Assembly (NCBI GenBank): GCA_963768855.1
Contig: CAVYJM010000012.1
Coordinates: 58,961 to 122,960, forward strand
Length of the DNA stretch: 64,000 nt
Source: an uncultured Thermoplasmata archaeon
GTDB lineage: Archaea; Thermoplasmatota; Thermoplasmata; RBG-16-68-12
Direction: 5' to 3'
The notes beneath the pieces are model-generated. The model was given only the letters and a program-made list of their open reading frames with translations, had not been told where the DNA came from and searched no databases. Both the position numbers and the translations under genes were made by a program. Each line of letters opens with the position of its first letter. The stretch's first letter is position 1. Below, one piece after another: positions 56,911 through 64,000 of this stretch.

Positions 56911-57798
56911 ATGACCCACGCTTCCATGCTCGTGATCGTCCTTTTCTGGGGTCTGGCGTTCGTCGCAATCAAGGCCGCCGACGAACACATGTCTTGGATC
57001 ACCCTCACGTTCCTACAGTTCTTCCTGGTAGATTTGCTTCTCGTGGGATACTTTGCCGTGCATAAAGCCGACCGTGTTCTTCCAGCGAGGAAGGACTGGC
57101 TTCCCCTTCTCGGCCTCGGATTTCTCGGCTTTACGGGAAACTACTTTCTCGTCAATCTGGCGGAATCAAACCCTGACGTCACCGCCGGTACGGCCGCAAT
57201 CATCATCGCCTCCGATCCTGCGTTCATCGCCCTCTTCGCGATTCCGGCGTTGAACGAAAAACTCACGCGCCTCAGGTCCGTGGGAATCGGCCTCGCTCTT
57301 GGGGGTCTTGCAGTGATGATCTTCTTCGCCCATCCAGGGGGCAGGTTCAGCTTTGTGTTCTCCACGGGTGCCCTGGAGGTCGTCCCGCCCGCTGCCTTCA
57401 CGGCTTTGTACCTCGTCCTCGGTCGGAAGTACCTGCAACGATACCGCCCCTTCGTCTTCGTCGCGTACACAATCATGCTGGGCACACTCCTCGCCTTCCC
57501 TGTCGTGGTCGCAAGCTGGCCGACCTTCGTCAATGACATACGAACGATGGGTTGGGAGGGTTTCCTTCCCGTCCTCTTCCTCGCTGTCTGCCCAACATTC
57601 ATCGCCTATGGCCTCTGGTTTCGCGCGATTGAGCGTATGCCTGCGGCAGCCGCTGGGGCGTACATCTATCTAAGCACTCTCATTGGAGTCGTAGGCGGGA
57701 TGGTGCTCTTGGGGGAACCACTAACGGAAGCGATGGTGGTGGGCGGCGCCATGGTCATCGGCGGAGTCGTCCTCGCCCAGCAGCACAGGAAACGTTGA
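56911..57798 (+). CDS. EamA/DMT family transporter
   Basis: VLFWGLAFVAIK, about 10 TM segments in two repeats, LNEKL, LLGEPL. Confidence 0.9.
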   Translation: MTHASMLVIVLFWGLAFVAIKAADEHMSWITLTFLQFFLVDLLLVGYFAVHKADRVLPARKDWLPLLGLGFLGFTGNYFLVNLAESNPDVTAGTAAIIIASDPAFIALFAIPALNEKLTRLRSVGIGLALGGLAVMIFFAHPGGRFSFVFSTGALEVVPPAAFTALYLVLGRKYLQRYRPFVFVAYTIMLGTLLAFPVVVASWPTFVNDIRTMGWEGFLPVLFLAVCPTFIAYGLWFRAIERMPAAAAGAYIYLSTLIGVVGGMVLLGEPLTEAMVVGGAMVIGGVVLAQQHRKR

Positions 57799-58207
57799 GA
57801 CGGCGTCGCGTTCAGTGGAACCCACGTGTGAGGTGTGCCGCTGCGACCGGTCGCGCGGGTTTGGAGGGCAGGAATGTCGTCGTCATGCTCTACACAGAGT
57901 GTATTGCTCCCACGACCACGGGTTTCTCTGCCCAAATCTCTGCCCTTTGAGTCACCACCCCTTGGCTCTGGTTCCCCGTCATCAGCACTCTGGGAGTCTG
58001 GCCACTAGGCACCATGGCGTTGCGGGCGTCGGCGAAAGAAAGGTGCTGCACTCGCGAGGTAATGCGACTAAGGGTGAGCGAATAGCGCTCGCATTCTGAC
58101 CCTGGTTTCGCCAGAGATTGAAGACCTCAGGCCTCCACGAGCCTGAGGACAAGCCATCACAGCAAATCTTTATTCCGTAGTTCTCCTCCCTGTCCACTAG
58201 TGGTCCT

Positions 58208-58609
58208 ATGAAATCTGTGCCCAACCTCAAGAACCATCCCAAACCCGGGGGTCCCTACTCGCATTGTGTCGCCGCAAACGGCTTCGTGTTTATTAGCGGA
58301 CAGACACCCATCGCTACAGGAAGCAAGCCGGGAGCGTGGGTCGCGACAGACATTCGTGGACAAACACGCCAGTGCCTGCGGCAGATCGAGTCTATACTGA
58401 AGGAGCTCGGGCTACCGCTGGCATCCGTTGTCAAGACTACCATTTTCCTCGGAAACCCCAGTGATCCTGCAGCAATGAACGAAGCGTACGCCGAGTTCTT
58501 TCCAACATATCCTCCGGCGAGATCTACAGCGAGGCTCGGTGTCAAGCTTCCGGGGTTGCTGCTTAGCATAGACGCCATAGCAGTGACCAGCGCCCGCGGA
58601 ACGGACTAG
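58208..58609 (+). CDS. RidA/YjgF family protein (second copy)
   Basis: GPYSH, FISGQTP, QTRQCL, VVKTTIFL, PPARS. Confidence 0.9.
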   Translation: MKSVPNLKNHPKPGGPYSHCVAANGFVFISGQTPIATGSKPGAWVATDIRGQTRQCLRQIESILKELGLPLASVVKTTIFLGNPSDPAAMNEAYAEFFPTYPPARSTARLGVKLPGLLLSIDAIAVTSARGTD

Positions 58610-58973
58610 TCTCGCAGGCGTCGACATCCAAACCAGAAGGATGCCGTGCCCTCCTTCCCCCTCCGGGATCCGGTGTGTCGGTCGATATCTATCGGTAAGC
58701 GGGAGTTGCAGGTCAGCTGGGCACGTCCTGATGACTCAAGAGCGGTCTCTTATTCCCTGTGCAACCGCCTCGCGCCCTGCTCCTCGGGCTGTGGACGACA
58801 TAGGATTGCCGGGTTCTCTTCTCGGCTAGCTGGTACCTTCCCGCCTCTATTTGAGGTCGCAATGGCTGCTCGAGTGAGTGGCGTACCTGTTCACCATCGA
58901 AAGGTGTAGGGTCGATGTCGTCCCAGACAAGCCGTCGCAGGGGGTGGAGATAGTGCTATGAAATGGAGAGTGA

Positions 58974-60185
58974 ATGCGTCCCGCCGTGGCCATCAACCAC
59001 CGAGTGCTTGTGGCTAGCTCGATTTACCATTTCACGAACGACGGGGCTGTGACGGTCCTCGCCGGCCAGTTGGCAATCTTGCAGGTTGCCTTCCAACTGA
59101 GTCCCTTCGAGACAGGAGTGCTTGTTGGCACTGCCCTGCTCGTAAGCGCAGTCGCTCAACTCGTCATTGGTGTGCTGTCCGATCGATTGAATCCGTTCAA
59201 GACCCTGCCGTTTGGTCTGGCAATTCTCGGGTTTGCGTCGTTGCTGGTTTCGATGTCGACTGGCTTCGTGACATTGCTTGTGACCGTGGCCGCAGCACGG
59301 ATCGGGGCGAGTTTCTACCACCCTGTGGGACTCGCTTGGATTGGCCGGACATTCAGGAACGGGTCAATCGATCGCCCGATGGGAATTCAGTCATCGTTAG
59401 GAGACGCTGGCGTCATCCTGGGCCTTGCCACTGGCGCCGCTCTCGGCGTCCGATTCGGTTGGGGAACTCCGTTCATCCTTTGGGGAACAGTCAACCTCGT
59501 GGTCGCAGGTTGCGGGGTTGCCTTGGCTCCGCACGCCGAGCGGCCATCGTCGCGTGGTCTTCGTTTGCAGTGGAGCGAAGCCCGCAACGCGTTCAGTGCT
59601 CTGCGAGTCTGGCTCCTCCCAACCGCGGCGGGCTATGCGTGTTACAGCATTGTGGCGTATTTCGGTCCGATTCTTCTTCATGCAAAGTTCGGCCTCAGTG
59701 TAACCGCAGCGGGCATCGCAATCGCGCTTTGGATTCTCGCTGGTGCTGTCGGTTCGTTCTTCTTTGGGAAAATGAGTCGCTATCTCGGGCGATACAGAAT
59801 CGTTACTACCTCCTTTGCGCTAGTGGGGCTAGCCAGCGTTGCGGCGGCACTCTTGGAGAACGTGGCCCTTGTGCTGGCCGCACTCTGGGGCCTCGGATCG
59901 ACTGTCTTTCTAACATTCCCAGGAGTGTTCTCATTTGCTTCTGAGTCAGGTCAGAGGCAAGTACAAGGAACCACCTTTGGACTCGTCTTCTTCGTTCAAC
60001 TTGTCGGAGGCGCAATAGGTTCGTTTGTCGCAGGAGTACTTGGGGAATACTTCATGGCCGTCGGGAGCCTCCAATTCACGATTCCTTTCTTGGTCTCCGC
60101 CGGTTTCGGTTTAGGTGGATGCGTATACTTGGGCCTAGTAAGGAAGCGCATCAGCGTCTATCCCTCTGGAAGTGAGAGTACTTGA
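58974..60185 (+). CDS. MFS transporter
   Basis: HFTNDG, GVLSDR, GASFYHPVG; about 12 TM segments. Confidence 0.9.
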   Translation: MRPAVAINHRVLVASSIYHFTNDGAVTVLAGQLAILQVAFQLSPFETGVLVGTALLVSAVAQLVIGVLSDRLNPFKTLPFGLAILGFASLLVSMSTGFVTLLVTVAAARIGASFYHPVGLAWIGRTFRNGSIDRPMGIQSSLGDAGVILGLATGAALGVRFGWGTPFILWGTVNLVVAGCGVALAPHAERPSSRGLRLQWSEARNAFSALRVWLLPTAAGYACYSIVAYFGPILLHAKFGLSVTAAGIAIALWILAGAVGSFFFGKMSRYLGRYRIVTTSFALVGLASVAAALLENVALVLAALWGLGSTVFLTFPGVFSFASESGQRQVQGTTFGLVFFVQLVGGAIGSFVAGVLGEYFMAVGSLQFTIPFLVSAGFGLGGCVYLGLVRKRISVYPSGSEST

Positions 60186-60365
60186 ACTTGGCCATCAGCG
60201 CCTCGGCTACTGTCGAGGCCGCGCACGCTTCCCCCGCAGCTTCGGAGTTCAACCCGGTTACTGTCCTATCTGAGCGAATGCCAACTATGGAGAGGACCCG
60301 GCCATCGTCGGGGAAACCAGCAAGCCTAGGTCGGCCATGACCGTACCGTAAAGGGGGGCCAGCAC

Positions 60366-61760
60366 ACGTCGGTTTTGATACGAAATGGGATGGTTGCAAC
60401 ACCCACTTCGCTCTTCGAGGCAGATATCCTGGCCGAGGGGGGAAGAATAGTAAAGATAGCCAAGACAGGAATCCGGGAGAACGCCGACACAACAGTTGAC
60501 GCAACCGACAAGATAGTCGCTCCGGGGATTATTGACTCGCATACACACCTCGAGTTGAGGTTCGCGGGAGCGGGGACGAAGGACAGCTTCGAATCAGGGA
60601 CAAGGGCCGCGGCATTTGGGGGGGTGACGACTCTCATCAATTACGCAATTCCAGCTCCAGATGAGCGTTGCCTACCCCGAATAGACCGTGATCTGGAGTC
60701 GGCCCGAAGACAAGCGTGGATTGATTTCGGAATCCACGGGGTCATTACTGAACCGGTCCCGGATCCTATCGAGGAACTGAAGAAATATGTCAGCGCAGGA
60801 GTGCCCAGTTTCAAACTGTTTACGACGTACCGGGGCGCAGGCCTCATGTCTGACGATGCGACGTTGCATCGCGTCTTCTCGCTTCTCGGGCAGGTGAACG
60901 GGTTGCCAGGAGTGCACGCCGAGAACGATGCGATTGTTGAAAGGCGTACTCAGGAGCTCATCCGAAGGGGCCGAATCGGATCTGAGTTCTTTCCAGAAAG
61001 CCGTCCAGACTTCAGCGAGGAAGAGGCGGTCTCGCGGGCTGCTTTTTTTGCAATGCTCTGCGACTCGCCCCTGTACATCGCGCACCTTTCGACGCGACGT
61101 GCACTTGCGGTGGTTCGAGCGCAACGGGCGACGCAGCGGCGATTGTTCGTGGAGACCTGTCCCCACTACCTCACGCTAACCGACGAGAAGTATCGTGGTC
61201 CGAGCGGCATCCAGTACATGATGAGCCCTCCTCTCCGCCACACCAGCGATCGGACAGCGTTGTGGCAGGGCTTGCTCCGCGGGGACATCGATTTCATCTC
61301 GAGCGACCATGTGGCGTTCGACCGCGACCAGAAGGATCCTGGACAGGGGGACTTCTCGAAAGCACGCCATGGAATTGCGGGAATTGAGCTGCTTCCAGCC
61401 ATCATGTACTCCGAAGGCGTCATCCGACGGGACATGTCCCCCCAGAGTTTTGTGCGCTTGACTAGCTACAATCCCGCGCAGATTTTCGGGCTCTACCCTC
61501 AAAAAGGGAATATCGCGGTAGGCGCCGACGCCGATTTGGTAGTGATTGATCCACGCAAGGAAGTGACAGTCCGCTCATCTGAGCTGCACATGAATGTCGA
61601 CTACTCCGTTTACGAAGGAATGTTGCTGCAAGGGGTACCGACTGCCACTGTCAGCAGGGGGGAACTCATTGTCGAGGATGGACAACTGTACGGCAGTCCA
61701 GGGCGGGGCAAGTTCCAGGATAGGAGGCTGACGCGCAGCTTGACGCTCGACAGCTTGTGA
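60366..61760 (+). CDS. hydA: Dihydropyrimidinase/D-hydantoinase; predicted ACG start (TTG 60375 alternative)
   Basis: PGIIDSHTH, AAAFGGVTT, SFKLF, VHAEN, IAHLS, ETCPHYL, SSDH. Confidence 0.92.
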   Translation, partial: TSVLIRNGMVATPTSLFEADILAEGGRIVKIAKTGIRENADTTVDATDKIVAPGIIDSHTHLELRFAGAGTKDSFESGTRAAAFGGVTTLINYAIPAPDERCLPRIDRDLESARRQAWIDFGIHGVITEPVPDPIEELKKYVSAGVPSFKLFTTYRGAGLMSDDATLHRVFSLLGQVNGLPGVHAENDAIVERRTQELIRRGRIGSEFFPESRPDFSEEEAVSRAAFFAMLCDSPLYIAHLSTRRALAVVRAQRATQRRLFVETCPHYLTLTDEKYRGPSGIQYMMSPPLRHTSDRTALWQGLLRGDIDFISSDHVAFDRDQKDPGQGDFSKARHGIAGIELLPAIMYSEGVIRRDMSPQSFVRLTSYNPAQIFGLYPQKGNIAVGADADLVVIDPRKEVTVRSSELHMNVDYSVYEGMLLQGVPTATVSRGELIVEDGQLYGSPGRGKFQDRRLTRSLTLDSL

Positions 61761-61767
61761 TGATGTC

Positions 61768-62211
61768 ATGACGCGAATACTGCTGGAGGCATCCAAGGGA
61801 GGCACGCTGGAGATTCTTCCTGATGGAGACGCCAATCGCTTTTACCTCCTCCTAGCGACGGCTCCCCCGCACTCGGTTCACTTGTTGCATGTGTTCTGGT
61901 CGGGGGAGGCCCTTTTTTTCCTTCATGATTTCCACACACCGCCGACTCACGAGGAAATGACAGAAAAGCTCGAACCCGGCAGCGTTGCGTGGGTCCCCAA
62001 CTTGGGAGAAGTAGTTATCGCCTACGGCACTGCGGCGCCCCGCGACCAGCATGGCAAAATAACAGTGGCGAGGCTGGGTAGAATACCAGAGGTCACCGTC
62101 CTGCGTGAAGTTGGACGCCGAGTGTGGCTGCATGGCGCCGAAGAAGCTAGACTCGTGGTGACGCCGAGCGAGCCGGCCATGAACGGGAAAAAGCATTTGT
62201 ACCAAACCTAG
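61768..62211 (+). CDS. Cyclophilin-like fold protein (DUF3830-like)
   Basis: LLHVFWSGEA and T...EPGSVAW pattern. Confidence 0.65.
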   Translation: MTRILLEASKGGTLEILPDGDANRFYLLLATAPPHSVHLLHVFWSGEALFFLHDFHTPPTHEEMTEKLEPGSVAWVPNLGEVVIAYGTAAPRDQHGKITVARLGRIPEVTVLREVGRRVWLHGAEEARLVVTPSEPAMNGKKHLYQT

Positions 62212-62223
62212 TTCGCTTGCTCC

Positions 62224-63333
62224 ATGGACGGGCGCCAGTTCCTGACGGTCGAGGATCTCCACAGGGTTGTAACGGGGGCTACGATAATCGGTTCAGGCGG
62301 CGGTGGCCCGTCCGCAAGCGGAGAGCTCGTCGTGGAGGCCGTTGGCAAGGTTGCGAGCCGGGTGCCGCTCTGGTCTCTAGGCGAGGTGCCTGATGAGGCT
62401 GTCGTCGCCGCGGTGTGCGGTTTTGGATCTCCCGAGGTCCTTCTCAAGAAGGTCAGTGTCATACAAAACGTGCTCGCATTGGAGACGCTTGAACGGGCAA
62501 TCGGGAAGAAAGTCGACTACCTCATCCCTTACGAATCTGGCGGGTACAACAGTCTAGTTCCATTCCACGTCGCCGCGTCGAAGGGGCTTCCCGTGTTGGA
62601 CTGCGACGGCACCGGAAGAGCCGTTTGCGAGTGGTACATCTCAATGTTCGAGGTCCACCGAATCCCCATGTGTCCTTTCGCTCTTGCCGACGACCAAGGC
62701 CACTCCGCCGTGATCTATGCTGACAACACAGTTGATGCAGATAAGTACGGGCGCGCCATTCTGCGTGAATTCGGCTTGTCGGCCGGCACGGCGGAGCACG
62801 TGATGTCTGGGGCAAAAGCACGATCCGCAATGGTTCCAGGGATGATCTCCATGGAGCACGAGCTAGGCGCCGCGATGGAAGCCGCCATGGCTAGAGGGCA
62901 TGATTCACTTGACGTCGTCCTCGAGAAGACAGGCGGCTTCCTGCTTGTGGAAGGAAAGGTGACGGCAAAAGAGCTGCGCACCTCGCCGGTTGGGTCAGAC
63001 TACGGTCGAATTGAAGTGAAGGGAAACGGCAAAGGTGGGCGAGGGGTCTTGCAGGTCTACTACAAGAACGAAAGCATCCTCGCCCGATGGCCCGATGGAA
63101 CGCCTGCAGCGATGCTTCCTGACCTCATTTCCTATCTCGACCGCGAAGGTAGACCGATGACAAACGCCGACTTGAAGGAAGGGATGGATATCCGGGTGTT
63201 GGGTATCCCGATCCACCCAAAGTGTCGCGCACCGGAAGCGCTGCCGCTGTATCGAAAGGTCTTGAAGGAGACTCTCGACTTCGAGAGTACCTACGTCAGC
63301 GTTGAGCGTCTTCAGGGCCAATCTGGGGCGTGA
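62224..63333 (+). CDS. DUF917 family protein
   Basis: GATIIGSGGGG, ESGGYNS, PVLDCDGTGRA, NESILA, PDLI. Confidence 0.88.
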   Translation: MDGRQFLTVEDLHRVVTGATIIGSGGGGPSASGELVVEAVGKVASRVPLWSLGEVPDEAVVAAVCGFGSPEVLLKKVSVIQNVLALETLERAIGKKVDYLIPYESGGYNSLVPFHVAASKGLPVLDCDGTGRAVCEWYISMFEVHRIPMCPFALADDQGHSAVIYADNTVDADKYGRAILREFGLSAGTAEHVMSGAKARSAMVPGMISMEHELGAAMEAAMARGHDSLDVVLEKTGGFLLVEGKVTAKELRTSPVGSDYGRIEVKGNGKGGRGVLQVYYKNESILARWPDGTPAAMLPDLISYLDREGRPMTNADLKEGMDIRVLGIPIHPKCRAPEALPLYRKVLKETLDFESTYVSVERLQGQSGA

Positions 63334-64000
63334 GGTCTGCAAGGTGAAGTAGGAGTTTCGCCATCCTTGAGATGCCGCTAGAGTAATCGGAAACGCGCAT
63401 GTTCTCCCGCGGGCCATGCATATTGCAGTCATCAGCCGCCGCAGGTATCCAATAAGTTGGCAGATCCAGTATCTCATGGAACAGGTAGTCCGGGCCGCTC
63501 CCTTCATGCCAGGGAAAAACGACGATGCCGCTTTCATCCGTCCGTTCCAGGGCTTCGATGATCAGCTTCGTTGTGCGCAGGCTGGGTCCTGTCTGTGATG
63601 GCGGAAATGCCGTAGCTTTCCGAATTTGGATGTCTTTGAAACCGGTAGCAACCGCATACTCACGAAGGAGTGACAGAATTGCGTCCGGCTTCTGGTTCGG
63701 CAACAGGCGAAAGTCCACTCGAGCAGCAGCCCTATTCGGAAGAACCGTCTTGAAGCCTGGGCCATGGTAGCCCGACTCCAGTCCGGCGACATTGCACGTC
63801 GTTCGACCCAGCAGGTTCCTGTAGTAGTTCTGCTCTGTGACGCCGGGACGGAGATGCTCCAGCTCTGTCGCTTCGAATTCAGGTGTCGGGAGCTGGTCTA
63901 TCAAGCGACTCGACTCATCATCAGCTATGACGTCGGCATCGAATCCGGGAACCTTGCATGTTCCATCGGAACCTCGAAGCGTAGTGAGGAAAGTGACGAG
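63296..64000 (-). CDS. M20/M25/M40 metallo-hydrolase, 5' part outside the window
   Basis: Frame is open to base 64000; KTVLP..AAARVDFRLLPNQ and HGPRENM. Confidence 0.85.
   Translation of the reverse strand, partial: LVTFLTTLRGSDGTCKVPGFDADVIADDESSRLIDQLPTPEFEATELEHLRPGVTEQNYYRNLLGRTTCNVAGLESGYHGPGFKTVLPNRAAARVDFRLLPNQKPDAILSLLREYAVATGFKDIQIRKATAFPPSQTGPSLRTTKLIIEALERTDESGIVVFPWHEGSGPDYLFHEILDLPTYWIPAAADDCNMHGPRENMRVSDYSSGISRMAKLLLHLADLTPQIGPEDAQR

Overview
High-GC archaeal DNA. The rps19e-PDCD5-rpl39e-rpl31e-eIF6 block, TATA/BRE promoters and leaderless starts point to Thermoplasmatota (inference). Positions 1-46.8 kb are core genome. They hold a CCG-protein/ferredoxin/FAD-oxidoreductase locus, tatAC, and a complex I-like operon (A-C-D-H-J1-J2-K-L-M-M-N) with two NuoM, a 26-aa duplication in the NuoL lateral helix and no nuoB or nuoI. 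They also hold dinB, amt, malic enzyme, isoprenoid genes (an orphan terpene-synthase-like protein, a long-chain prenyltransferase, two geranylgeranyl reductases, ubiX), ribosomal genes and gcvPA/PB. From tRNA-Ser(CGA) at 46743-46826 onward lies a lower-GC integrated region: a tyrosine integrase, small virus/plasmid-like ORFs, a five-gene operon, a hairpin-bounded nuclease gene with an in-frame TAG, and a hydantoin-type catabolic cluster running off the window. The best novel-system candidate is the operon at 50923-54402. It carries the three ancillary genes of type IV CBASS (TGT/Cap10-, glycosylase/Cap11- and QueC/Cap9-like), but a Thoeris-like TIR protein beginning (M)GSSG plus a membrane effector stand in place of the CD-NTase. 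This suggests a TIR-based defence system controlled by deazaguanylation. Several genes appear to start at ACG or CTG. No rRNA or CRISPR array was seen. All calls rest on manual motif reading; no database searches were run.
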